IMG/VR virus record: IMGVR_UViG_3300020049_011034
Location: 416-64,415 of that record
Source: a virus
Taxonomy: Duplodnaviria; Caudoviricetes
Direction: 5' to 3' (one strand)
DNA: 64,000 bases
Shown piece by piece: positions 19,395 through 29,097 of this stretch. The translations under genes and the position numbers were made by a program. The first letter of the stretch is position 1, and each line of letters begins with the position of its first letter. Under the pieces are notes generated by a model. That model did not search any database and had not been told where the DNA came from. It saw only the letters and a program-made list of their open reading frames with translations.

Positions 19395-19667
19395 ATGGCA
19401 GACATCGCAAATACGGAAGTTCAGGCCAAAGGCGCGGCAGGATTCAAACTCGTTCGCCAGGAGGATGGTATCGTATCGATTTGCAAGGCAGGCAAAAAAA
19501 TCGTTTTTCTGAACCACGGTTCGAAGGACGTGGAGTTCCCCTCGAAAGGAAACACCGTGAAGCCCGCCACACAGGACCTCCTGAAGGCAATCTACGACAC
19601 CGATCCGTCCTATGTGCAACTGATCGAAGCCCCCAAAGAATACAAAGCGCCCTGGGAAGGTAAATAA
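19395..19667 (+). CDS. hypothetical structural-operon protein
   Basis: 90-aa ORF after a CAA-rich leader. Confidence 0.6.
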   Translation: MADIANTEVQAKGAAGFKLVRQEDGIVSICKAGKKIVFLNHGSKDVEFPSKGNTVKPATQDLLKAIYDTDPSYVQLIEAPKEYKAPWEGK

Positions 19668-19675
19668 ACTGAACG

Positions 19676-21064
19676 ATGACCCAAGATTTGGCAGCCTACG
19701 AACTTGACGAGAGTTGCGGTTGCCCGGACGAATCGAATCCTAAAAAGACGAGATTCAGCCGGCGCAAAACCGGTGCTTTCGGAGACGTGTATGACCCGGT
19801 TGCCGAGGAGCTGCGCGATACTGATCTCGCGCCCATGATCTACGGCTCGTTCCCTGTAATACCGTTCTTTGACAATTCTGATGCAACCCTTCGTGTCCTT
19901 CGCCGGATGCGCGAGTTGTCGCCGACGCACTCATCGTGCATCAGCAATATCCGTGACTACGTCTTCGGAGGTGAGTTGACAATCCGCCGCTACGTCGAAC
20001 CAGGAATGGCCTTCGACACAGAAGAGGATCAGCCGCTTACCGATGCTGAAAAGGCTACGTTCACGGATTTCGTGCGGTCACTGAACCCTGAATTGACGTT
20101 TGACCAGATACTTGCAGATGCCATCGGTATCTACGAGAATCTGAAAACATACGGCAACGGGTTCTACCGGATCGATGCGGTTCGTGTGGCTGGAAAGTGG
20201 TTTTTCTACTTCGAGTCGCTGGACGCAGAGAAGTGCCGCTACCTGGCTACCAAGCGCGGCGAACAAAAGGTGATTGTGATATCGGCAGAATGGACAGCGA
20301 TGTACATCAACCGGTATCCACCCGAGTTCGTGGACGTATTCCCGGCATGGTCTGACTACGGTGACGGTCGACTTTCGACCATTATCCACATCAAGAATAA
20401 GGTCGTGGGACGTGACTGGTATGGCCTGCCGGATTCTTTCGGATCGCTGTACTGGCAGTACATGGAAGTTCAGCAGGGACAGCACGGCACGGAAGGCTAT
20501 GCCAACGACTTCATTGCCCGCGTTTTCTTCGAGATCACAGCCGAGGAAGACGACGATGGCGACGAGGACGATTTCGACAACGCCGTTCGCCGGACGTTCA
20601 CCAACCAGGCATCGCGCTATGGAGAGCAGCCAAAGCGGTATATAATCCGCAGACGCCTGCCCGATGACAAAGAGGCAATGGTCCACGAGTTCAAATCGAA
20701 CACGGACCACCAGTACCATACCTCGATGTCAGCGCTTGCGGAAAGGGAGGTGCTGAAAACACACAACTGGCACAGCGTTTTGCTGGGCGCTCCGACCCCG
20801 GGGCGCATCGGTCAGAACGAGGAGTTCAAGGAAGTGTACAAACAGAAGTACAACTCCGTGATACGCCAGTGGCAGGAGCGTTCGCTGCGACCGATTATTC
20901 AGGGCTTCCAGGCCTGCGAAATGCTTATGACCGGGCGTATCGATGTGACTTCACAGTATTCATTCGGGCTTTTCAATCTCTATGATGAATACCTGAAAAG
21001 CGATGTGAACGCGCTGAAAAACGAACCGCAGCCAAACCCGCTCGACAATGGCCTTAACGTATGA
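19676..21064 (+). CDS. portal protein
   Basis: 462 aa, SPTHSSCI...YENLKTYGNGFY...IIHIKN...DWYGLPD pattern seen in HK97-type portals. Confidence 0.8.
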   Translation: MTQDLAAYELDESCGCPDESNPKKTRFSRRKTGAFGDVYDPVAEELRDTDLAPMIYGSFPVIPFFDNSDATLRVLRRMRELSPTHSSCISNIRDYVFGGELTIRRYVEPGMAFDTEEDQPLTDAEKATFTDFVRSLNPELTFDQILADAIGIYENLKTYGNGFYRIDAVRVAGKWFFYFESLDAEKCRYLATKRGEQKVIVISAEWTAMYINRYPPEFVDVFPAWSDYGDGRLSTIIHIKNKVVGRDWYGLPDSFGSLYWQYMEVQQGQHGTEGYANDFIARVFFEITAEEDDDGDEDDFDNAVRRTFTNQASRYGEQPKRYIIRRRLPDDKEAMVHEFKSNTDHQYHTSMSALAEREVLKTHNWHSVLLGAPTPGRIGQNEEFKEVYKQKYNSVIRQWQERSLRPIIQGFQACEMLMTGRIDVTSQYSFGLFNLYDEYLKSDVNALKNEPQPNPLDNGLNV

Positions 21065-21755
21065 ATTCGGAAGCGTTGAAACGCTGATAACTCCGCAAGA
21101 GATTGTGGACTTCGCCCCGGTTGACCCGGCGTCGTACGGTGAGCAGCGCATCCCGTTTATAGCGGTGAGGGAGGAAAAGTTGTTCATCAAGTGCATGGGA
21201 ATGGCGATGTACAAGGCGCTCATGGCCGACAAGGTGAAGTACGCAATGACTGCCGGCACAGGCATAACGGTGTACACCAATTTTCAGGCAGGCAACTATT
21301 CATCAGGCGCGGTAGTGCTTTATAAAAACCGGTTATACAAAGCGAAAGCCAACACGACCGGGCAACTGCCGACCGATGAAGGATTCTGGGCGCTGGCGCC
21401 TCGATTTTCAACAGTCGAGTACAACTATTTGTGGGAACGATATTTGCGGACGATACTGGCTTTCACGATTTCAAATGACAGCCTGTTTTACCGCATCGTA
21501 TCCGACACGCCGATGGGCGTTGTACAGAAGTACGAAGGCGACAAATCAAAAGCCCTTGATGTAAAAAGCGCCGGCAGGCTCAAGATGGAATATGTGAAGG
21601 ACATTGACGACATGCTTCATGCCATGGACGTGTTTATCCGGGAAAACCCCGAAGCGTTTCCGGACTATGCGCCACTTGAGGATGCTTGCGTAAATTGCGC
21701 TCCAAAAAAGCGGCACTATGGCTTCAACACGAACAAGCGCAGAGCGACAACCTGA
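21048..21755 (+). CDS. head-tail adaptor-like protein with an inserted carbohydrate-binding-like module
   Basis: Follows the portal; LITPQEIV start; internal YSSGAVVLYKNRLYKAKANTTGQLPTDEGFW. Confidence 0.5.
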   Translation: MALTYEFGSVETLITPQEIVDFAPVDPASYGEQRIPFIAVREEKLFIKCMGMAMYKALMADKVKYAMTAGTGITVYTNFQAGNYSSGAVVLYKNRLYKAKANTTGQLPTDEGFWALAPRFSTVEYNYLWERYLRTILAFTISNDSLFYRIVSDTPMGVVQKYEGDKSKALDVKSAGRLKMEYVKDIDDMLHAMDVFIRENPEAFPDYAPLEDACVNCAPKKRHYGFNTNKRRATT

Positions 21756-22017
21756 ACCCTGCAATAAAGGATTGGCGGACACAGTATCACTCACGCTCCG
21801 ATGGATTGACGATGGATTCAGCCTCGAAAAAGTAGATGAAAAAACATCGGCAATGCGAATTGCCATTTGTGAAGGTTGCACGGAACATTTTATCCAGGAG
21901 GAAAGACGGTGCGATGTGTGCTGTTGCCCTATGGATTTCAAGGTCACATTGAAATACGACCCCATCAAGGGGATAATGAAAAAAACGCTCATCAGTTGTC
22001 CTAAAGACAAGTGGTGA
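21718..22017 (+). CDS. small Cys-rich (zinc-binding-like) protein
   Basis: RIAICEGC...RCDVCCC...SCPKDKW. Confidence 0.55.
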   Translation: MASTRTSAERQPEPCNKGLADTVSLTLRWIDDGFSLEKVDEKTSAMRIAICEGCTEHFIQEERRCDVCCCPMDFKVTLKYDPIKGIMKKTLISCPKDKW

Positions 22018-22040
22018 GATCACACTCAATCAAATTAAAA

Positions 22041-22781
22041 ATGAGCACATCCTACGACGGCTTCATTTTGAAGCGCAACAACCCGGACGCGAATTCAAAC
22101 AACGCGCTCAAATTCAACAACCTGAGCGGACTGTGTTGCGGCGACAAAGCAGCCGCCGTAATCTGCCGCTATACCGCCACCATTGCTTCTGTCTCCGGAA
22201 CGACTGCCGTTGACCAAGTGCGAATCGCCGGGACTACGTACACGCTCGACGGCGCCTACCTGGTCAACCAAGAGCGTGAACGCGACGCGCTGGTGGCTAA
22301 CCTCGAACGTCTGGTAAACAGCCTTGGCTACGACGGCACCGGCAACATCCGCGCAACCCTCACCTCAACCACGCTCACCGTTGACGTGGACTACTCCGAC
22401 CTGGAGTTCGAGTGGCTCGAAGCCGATACCAGCCCCTTCATCCCGACAGCATGCCAAATGATCGGCGACGTGAATACCGGCCAGTGTGACGCCGGCGCGG
22501 CCATCTACAAATCCAGCACCAACCTGATCGTCAAGCCGTACAGCACCGGCGCCATTACCAACGTAACCATCAACGACGGAGGCGGCGCGGTATACAATGG
22601 CGACCTGACGGACGGAACCACCGGCAACGCCACGGTTACCACAGATGCCAGCGGCCAGAAGATCATCACGATTAACGGTGCTTCTGGCGGCGAAAACTGG
22701 TCCGGTTCGATCACCTTTACGGTGACGATCACGCAGGACGGCTGCACGGCATGGAGCCGCGTTCAGAAGTTGGCTTACTAA
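22041..22781 (+). CDS. putative virion structural protein
   Basis: Thr/Gly-rich, beta-strand character. Confidence 0.55.
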   Translation: MSTSYDGFILKRNNPDANSNNALKFNNLSGLCCGDKAAAVICRYTATIASVSGTTAVDQVRIAGTTYTLDGAYLVNQERERDALVANLERLVNSLGYDGTGNIRATLTSTTLTVDVDYSDLEFEWLEADTSPFIPTACQMIGDVNTGQCDAGAAIYKSSTNLIVKPYSTGAITNVTINDGGGAVYNGDLTDGTTGNATVTTDASGQKIITINGASGGENWSGSITFTVTITQDGCTAWSRVQKLAY

Positions 22782-22793
22782 ACCGGCGACTCG

Positions 22794-23402
22794 ATGAGCG
22801 TAGTCACGCCTATAAGCACGGTACTCTGCCCAAGTGCGCGCGCCGGTCTGGTCGCCATTTGGGCAGTGCCTTGTTCAGAGGTCGTTGAAGTACTCATAGA
22901 CCCTGTATTGGGTATGGTGTCGAATGTAATTCTTACGGTAGGCACCGAGTGGACGCGTCTTGAGTTTGAGCCGGATACCGCATACCTGATACAGGAGAAG
23001 TTGGTAGCAAAAGGATATACGGAATACGTCAAGCAGACGATCTACTTCGAGGTGCATGGACTGTCAAATGCGACCAGGAACGCCCTTGAGGACCTGAATG
23101 GGAATTGCTGCATGAACGTGATCGCCGAAGACCTTGCCGGTAACTTTCATTACTGCGGCATTTCAGAGCGCGACGGCGAAGCCTCGAAGGACAACATGAA
23201 AACAGCGGACGGATCCAGCGAGACCGGCGCCGATCCGCGAACGGATGTTGCCCGTTATACCGAAACACTGGCCTGCATCTGCGATTTTTACGCCCTCATC
23301 ACCATTGACCCGAACGACTTCAATCCGCTGTTCTGGACCAAGCCGGACGAAGCCTACTGGACAACACCGGCAGACGAGTTCTGGACGATAAAAGGAAACT
23401 AA
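22794..23402 (+). CDS. tail tube protein paralogue 2
   Basis: Collinear similarity to 18787..19335, including the identical stretch RNALEDLNGNCC. Confidence 0.6.
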   Translation: MSVVTPISTVLCPSARAGLVAIWAVPCSEVVEVLIDPVLGMVSNVILTVGTEWTRLEFEPDTAYLIQEKLVAKGYTEYVKQTIYFEVHGLSNATRNALEDLNGNCCMNVIAEDLAGNFHYCGISERDGEASKDNMKTADGSSETGADPRTDVARYTETLACICDFYALITIDPNDFNPLFWTKPDEAYWTTPADEFWTIKGN

Positions 23403-23764
23403 TGGCAAGCCCGTATCCACACCTTTTCGACAGCATTGGCTTTCTGCACCGACAGACGCAGTTGTACACGCAGCGGCGCCAGAACTCGGAGTTGCCGGAA
23501 AACTATAAGTTCACGGTCGAGGAGTTTATGACGTTCGTGATCGTGGATTTTGGGCTTGTGACGACTTCGGACATCACCTACACGCATACGCAACTCACGC
23601 CCTCGGCCACGTGGACGGTTATCCATAATCTGGGACGTGATGTCCAGGTGAGGTGCGTTGACGATGGGGACAACAACATTGTGGGTGAACCATTCAATGA
23701 TTCGCCCAACCAGATCACTATAACTTTTACAACGCCGGTCGCCGGCATAGCTATCGTAACATGA
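23402..23764 (+). CDS. tail/fibre accessory protein
   Basis: YTHTQLTPSATWTVIHNLGR...VGEP...NQITITF motif common in phage tail accessory proteins. Confidence 0.55.
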   Translation: MASPYPHLFDSIGFLHRQTQLYTQRRQNSELPENYKFTVEEFMTFVIVDFGLVTTSDITYTHTQLTPSATWTVIHNLGRDVQVRCVDDGDNNIVGEPFNDSPNQITITFTTPVAGIAIVT

Positions 23765-24477
23765 AATATCTGCACGAAATTGACGCGAACAAGGCCAACC
23801 GACTGATTGTCCCCATCTTCGCCAACCTCGCCGCGTTTCCTTCGGCGGCATCCTCGGAAGGCTCTTTGGCTTACGCCACCGATACCAACCTTATCTATTA
23901 CTCCAACAGTTCGACCTGGGTGAACATGAGCGCCGTTGCGGGCGCCATGAACTTCAAGGGCGGCATCGCATTCGACGCCACCGAGCCGTCATCTCCGGCC
24001 ACTGGCGACACCTACGTTTTCACAACAGCAGGCTCCAATAGCTGGGAGGGCACCAACGTCGTGGAAATCGGCGACCTCGCCATCTGGGGCGGCTCTGCAT
24101 GGACGTTCGTACAGAACAACATCGGCGCTGCCTCGGAAACCGTGCCTGGTTACGTCGAACTGGCAACCAGCGCGGAGACCATCACCGGTACATCCACGAC
24201 GCTGGCCACGCACCCTGCAGGCGTTACGGCTGCAATCAATGCCAACCGCGTCACATCGGTCGGAGGCACGGGCGGCAACACGCTTACCGGAGACGGCACT
24301 ACGACATCTTTCGCGGTCGTGCACACTGGCAAGAATACGCCGTGCGTTGCTGTCCGGGAAACAACGCTGGGTAACTACGTGGCTGTGGACATCACGTTCA
24401 CGTCGGGCACCGGGTTCAATATCATTTTCGCCATCGCTCCGGCTGCATCGCCGACCTATACCGTCAGCATATCTTAA
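23761..24477 (+). CDS. tail fibre-related protein
   Basis: AMNFKGGI, GDTYVFTTAG, GYVELATSAETITG fibre-like motifs. Confidence 0.6.
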   Translation: MKYLHEIDANKANRLIVPIFANLAAFPSAASSEGSLAYATDTNLIYYSNSSTWVNMSAVAGAMNFKGGIAFDATEPSSPATGDTYVFTTAGSNSWEGTNVVEIGDLAIWGGSAWTFVQNNIGAASETVPGYVELATSAETITGTSTTLATHPAGVTAAINANRVTSVGGTGGNTLTGDGTTTSFAVVHTGKNTPCVAVRETTLGNYVAVDITFTSGTGFNIIFAIAPAASPTYTVSIS

Positions 24478-24486
24478 TTCCGGCAC

Positions 24487-24927
24487 ATGAAGTACCTGTC
24501 TGAAATAGACGGGTCGAAGGCCGGGAGGATGATTGCGCCGACGTACGCCAACAAAGCGGCCTTTCCAACGGCTTCGACCTCCAAAGGCTCGCTCGCTTAC
24601 GACGATGCCCTTGACGACCTGTACCACTCGGACGGGACTTCATGGGTATTGCTGACAAAAGAAAAGACCTTTAGCCTGACGGCTGGGGGGACTGACGAAA
24701 TTGCGATACCGGCCGGTCGGTTGGTATCGCAATTGGTCGTGACTGCCGAAAGCGGCAGCGGAAGCGTCAGTGTTGGCATTACCGATCTTGGTTCGGAGAT
24801 ACTGGAAAACGAATCCTATAACACAAGTGGGCGCCCTTTCACAATCGGTTGGTGGTTTCCAGCCGATTCCACGCTGTTTTTCAGCGTGTTCACAGGCACA
24901 ATCACAGTAAAAATCTTCTACGCATGA
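24487..24927 (+). CDS. tail fibre-related protein; N-terminus paralogous to the previous gene
   Basis: MKYLSEIDGSKAGRMIAPTYANKAAFP versus MKYLHEIDANKANRLIVPIFANLAAFP. Confidence 0.6.
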   Translation: MKYLSEIDGSKAGRMIAPTYANKAAFPTASTSKGSLAYDDALDDLYHSDGTSWVLLTKEKTFSLTAGGTDEIAIPAGRLVSQLVVTAESGSGSVSVGITDLGSEILENESYNTSGRPFTIGWWFPADSTLFFSVFTGTITVKIFYA

Positions 24928-27900
24928 AAAGGCTAATCCTTCTTTGCTCGCTTTTCGCGCTGGCGCTGACATCGAGCGCCCAAACTACCGGTACATGGAA
25001 CAAGGTAACTGCGCGGGACACTTTCGTTTTGTCTGGTCGGCAACTCGCTGAAATTGTATATGTAATCACGTCAGCAGCGCGCAACAACGAATCACCTACG
25101 GCCAAAGCCGTATATGATTATGTGATTGGTCAAAGAACCTTTAGAAGGGTCATAACAAATGGCGATGCGGATCATACCGTTTCAGCATATAGGAGTGGAA
25201 CAACAGGGTTTAGAACCGAAGATACTACGGGGGTGGTGAACCTTGCTTCGGCAGTTGCCGCAAAAAGCACTGTGTCGGTAATCGACGCGGTTGACTTCCT
25301 GCGCTACAAGCGGGGGAATATGCAAGCGTGGTACATACACCAAAAAGCCGTCTCGAACGGCGACGGCACGACAAACAACGTGCTGGAAATAACCTACAAT
25401 CTCCACAACGGCGGCACGGTGGACAACTCCGCCGACGCGGTTTTTGGCGTAAGCATGGAGCCACACTGGATAGCAGCCGACGGCGACACGGTCAGTGAAT
25501 GGCATATTTTCTTCAACGACCAAAAGGGCGGCGTTCACAGGCCCATAACCGGCTTTTTTAACTATCACAAACCGGAGGAAAACTCTTGGGGGTTTTCGGT
25601 TGACAAGTCTTATTTCAACGGGAACCTTGCAAACAAGCGGGCAAAAGTCAGCATAAATATGACGAATGCCTCTCTGGGAGCCTACCCGCTGGAGGTTTAC
25701 AAACACAAAAACACGATAACAACAACGAGCGCAAGTTATACGCGCTCGGAGTTGGACAGTGTCACCACGCTCGTCGTCGGCAACTACAACACGGGCGGGG
25801 AAAGCCCGCAACTTGGGCTATCGAGCCTGATGCGGTGGAGCGCGACGCAAGACCGCCGGGCGCAATTCTACTTGGGCCTTGTGGATATGACAGGCTCCGG
25901 TTTTGATGCCGGAACTGATTTTGTCGGCTACTACCAAAACTCTGGAGTGTTCAAAGAGGCGTTCCGGGTAAGAGACGATTTTGGGTATTTTGGCATAAAA
26001 CTGACTGGCGGCAACCAGCCCACGCAACCTTTGCACGTCAACGGGAACGCCCGTATCACTGGAGCAATATATGACAGCAACAACGACCCCGGAACATCGG
26101 GGCAGGTGTTGAGCAGCACTGGGACGACTACGGATTGGGTATCCCCATCTGGCGTGACCGGAAGCGGCGCTTCGCCACAAGTTGCAACATGGTCGGGTAC
26201 CTCATCGCTGACGGGGAGCAGCAGTCTGCTCTGGGAGAGTAGTATTTTGAAAGTAAAAAACAACAACGCCCTAACTGGCTTTTTAAACAGCAATGCCCAG
26301 CAGAATATACAACTGCTAAATACCGACGCGACGAACAACAACTGGGCTTCAATAACAAATTACACCAGCGCGGGGACGGTAAACGCTGCGCTGGCGTTTC
26401 AGAATGTGAACCAGTCCACCAGAGAAGCGGCAGTTGACATATGGGCGTACTCTGGTGCCTCCTTCCTAAGGATGGCAAGGTTTAAGCATGACGGGATAAC
26501 ATTAGACCGGGCTACGACCATAAGCGGTGCGGCCACGCTTTCCTCCACGTCCGCTTTCAACGGTGCAGCTACATTTAGCGCCGGAATAACTGCCAACACG
26601 GTGGCAAGCAATTTCAACAGCCAGGTGAATGTTGGAAGCTCCTCGGCAGGCAACATTCAGTACAATTGGAACGACTACTCAAATACGTCGGCGGCAGCCT
26701 CTAATGCGTTTGCGGCAATCGTTTTAAAGAATAGAAACGCGACGGCAAATAACTGGACGGCTTTGGAGTGGGATTCACAGTCGGGGCAAATCGCCGGTTC
26801 TATGGCCATGCAGTATCTCGACCACACAAACGGTTATGGGGATATTGCTTTTCATACGCGAGGCTCTGGGACTGGATTTGCTGAAGCATTTAGAATAACA
26901 AGCGAAAAAAGAGTCGGCGTAGGCACTGCATCGCCCGCCTCTAAACTCGACGTGGAAGGCGGTGTCAGCATCGGGGCGACGTACAGCGGCACGACCGCAG
27001 CGCCCACGAACGGTGTCATCATAGAGGGAAGTGTAGGAATTGGAAATAACAGCCCTGGGACTAAACTGCACACTACAGCGGCGACCGGGACGACCACACC
27101 AATTTTAAGAATCGAAAACACGGGCGGCGACGCTGATTTTTTTGTAGCAAACGCAACTCCTGAGGGGGCGATAACCGGAAGCCCGGGAGATATTGCTTTG
27201 CGCACTGATTCTGGCAACGGTAAAATCTATGTAAAGGGTAGTGGAACTGGCAATACCGGATGGCTTGATGTGAGCGCTGGAGGTGGCGTGACCGACCACG
27301 GCGCATTGACCGGCTTGGGAGATGACGACCACACTCAATACCTGCTTTTAGCAGGCAGGGCTACGGGCCAGGTTGCTACTGGTGGAACCGCATCAGGCGA
27401 TGATCTTACGTTGCGGTCCACAACCGACGCAACCAAGGGTGATGTAATTGTACAAGATCAGGGGGGTAATCTGATACTCGGAGGTGGTACAACAGCCGGC
27501 GAACTGCGCTTCATGGAGCCTTCGGGTAGCGGCACGAACTACACTGAAATACAGTGTGGCGCGATGGCCGCAAACCAGTCGTATGTATGGCCAACAGATG
27601 CGCCGTCTGACGGAGAGATTTTGGCGTGGCATACGGGGGGGCTTTTGTCTTGGGACCCGGCTGGTGGTGCTGCTTATTACCAGACGTTGCAGATCGGCGG
27701 AACCGATCAGACACAGCGAGCAAAATTAAACATAAGCCCTACTGCCCAAATAAACGTAAGTTATTCAGATGACGCTGGAAACAACCGGTCAAACCTGGAG
27801 TTTTCTATTGCCGATGATGCAATAGGAACGGTGCAAATAGATGATGGTTCTGTCAGCTCTGCTGACTTAAACCAAATGGGCGCTACTACCGGACAGATAC

Positions 27901-28934
27901 TGAAATGGGACGGCTCATTTTGGGCCGCATCAAATTTTGATGATGACGGCAATATTTCAGACATCACCGGCAATCAAAATAATTACACACCAACAACTTG
28001 GAGCACGGAGAACACCTTTACCATTGGTGCAAACAATCTGTGGGTTATAACTGGTTTTGGAGCATTGCCTGGTGGTACCGAAAGGACTTTTATCAATACG
28101 AGTGGCAATGCTATAATTGTTGCTTCGGGACATCCTGATTCCGACCCATCCAACAGGGTACAAGGCCCGTGCGATTATATAATTGGACCCTATGGTGGGT
28201 CCATTTCAATGCGGTACAGTAACACCTACTCCAAGTGGTATGTTACAAACTGCACCTATAATCCCGGAACGCCGGCAATCAACGGCGCCATGGGGCATTA
28301 CTACAATGCTACCGTGGGTGCCACAACGGGAGGTGACTGGGGGCATATTGGATTTGGTTTGGCGGGTGGAGCAAACGGAACAACTACACCAACAGCTACC
28401 CTTCCTGCGGGCTGGCAACTTGGAACAAGTACATCACCCACCGGCACTGCGACGCTGTATTTTAGCAAGACAGTTTTGAACCCGACGTTTTATTCGTCGG
28501 CATATATGGTTGCAAGTGCTGTTGTTTACATCCCAACGCTTTCTGATGGAACTCAGACCTACACGTTTCAATTTGGCCTTGTACCTTCACCTTCGTCAAC
28601 TACCTTGGCTGTAAACAACAGCATAGGATTCCGTTATAGTAACGGGATAAATTCAGGAGAGTGGGAGGGATTCTCCCGCAACAATTCTGGGACAGAATCA
28701 ACCGCAGACTTGAATATCGCAGTGGCCGCCGATACAAAATACATCCTGACTATGGTCGTAAATAAGGAAAAAACGGAGGCAAGGTTTTTCATTAACGGAA
28801 CTTATACAGGCCGGGTAACAACGAACCTTCCAAATAACGTTGCTGTCGGCACGAGGGCCGCAATAGTGAAATCGGTAGGAACAACATCAAGAACGGTTAC
28901 AATACCCACATACACCTTTTACACGGTATACTGA
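24924..28934 (+). CDS. large tail-fibre/adhesin-like protein with an N-terminal signal peptide
   Basis: About 1336 aa, G/T/S/N-rich; fibre motifs VGVGTASPASKLDV, VGIGNNSP, DHGALTGLGDDDHTQY; starts MKRLILLCSLFALALTSSA-Q. Confidence 0.7.
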   Translation: MKRLILLCSLFALALTSSAQTTGTWNKVTARDTFVLSGRQLAEIVYVITSAARNNESPTAKAVYDYVIGQRTFRRVITNGDADHTVSAYRSGTTGFRTEDTTGVVNLASAVAAKSTVSVIDAVDFLRYKRGNMQAWYIHQKAVSNGDGTTNNVLEITYNLHNGGTVDNSADAVFGVSMEPHWIAADGDTVSEWHIFFNDQKGGVHRPITGFFNYHKPEENSWGFSVDKSYFNGNLANKRAKVSINMTNASLGAYPLEVYKHKNTITTTSASYTRSELDSVTTLVVGNYNTGGESPQLGLSSLMRWSATQDRRAQFYLGLVDMTGSGFDAGTDFVGYYQNSGVFKEAFRVRDDFGYFGIKLTGGNQPTQPLHVNGNARITGAIYDSNNDPGTSGQVLSSTGTTTDWVSPSGVTGSGASPQVATWSGTSSLTGSSSLLWESSILKVKNNNALTGFLNSNAQQNIQLLNTDATNNNWASITNYTSAGTVNAALAFQNVNQSTREAAVDIWAYSGASFLRMARFKHDGITLDRATTISGAATLSSTSAFNGAATFSAGITANTVASNFNSQVNVGSSSAGNIQYNWNDYSNTSAAASNAFAAIVLKNRNATANNWTALEWDSQSGQIAGSMAMQYLDHTNGYGDIAFHTRGSGTGFAEAFRITSEKRVGVGTASPASKLDVEGGVSIGATYSGTTAAPTNGVIIEGSVGIGNNSPGTKLHTTAATGTTTPILRIENTGGDADFFVANATPEGAITGSPGDIALRTDSGNGKIYVKGSGTGNTGWLDVSAGGGVTDHGALTGLGDDDHTQYLLLAGRATGQVATGGTASGDDLTLRSTTDATKGDVIVQDQGGNLILGGGTTAGELRFMEPSGSGTNYTEIQCGAMAANQSYVWPTDAPSDGEILAWHTGGLLSWDPAGGAAYYQTLQIGGTDQTQRAKLNISPTAQINVSYSDDAGNNRSNLEFSIADDAIGTVQIDDGSVSSADLNQMGATTGQILKWDGSFWAASNFDDDGNISDITGNQNNYTPTTWSTENTFTIGANNLWVITGFGALPGGTERTFINTSGNAIIVASGHPDSDPSNRVQGPCDYIIGPYGGSISMRYSNTYSKWYVTNCTYNPGTPAINGAMGHYYNATVGATTGGDWGHIGFGLAGGANGTTTPTATLPAGWQLGTSTSPTGTATLYFSKTVLNPTFYSSAYMVASAVVYIPTLSDGTQTYTFQFGLVPSPSSTTLAVNNSIGFRYSNGINSGEWEGFSRNNSGTESTADLNIAVAADTKYILTMVVNKEKTEARFFINGTYTGRVTTNLPNNVAVGTRAAIVKSVGTTSRTVTIPTYTFYTVY

Positions 28935-29035
28935 TGAAAATTTTTGTCACCAAATACCTGCCGGGAATTTCCATGCTCGGCATCTGGTTCGCTTCCCTGC
29001 TGTGGGTTGTGACCAGGATTTTTTCGACGCTGTGA
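28934..29035 (+). CDS. 33-aa single-transmembrane peptide
   Basis: Start overlaps the fibre stop (TGATG); MKIFVTKYLPGISMLGIWFASLLWVVTRIFSTL; below the ORF-track cutoff. Confidence 0.4.
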   Translation: MKIFVTKYLPGISMLGIWFASLLWVVTRIFSTL

Positions 29036-29097
29036 GCGCCATAACCATGAAGCAAGTGCCCCGCTGAAAATTGATTTTTCATCAAATAAACATTCGT

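Noticed and set aside
24924-28934. Diversity-generating retroelement targeting the fibre C-terminus
   Set aside because: No reverse transcriptase ORF and no template/variable repeat pair seen in the window.
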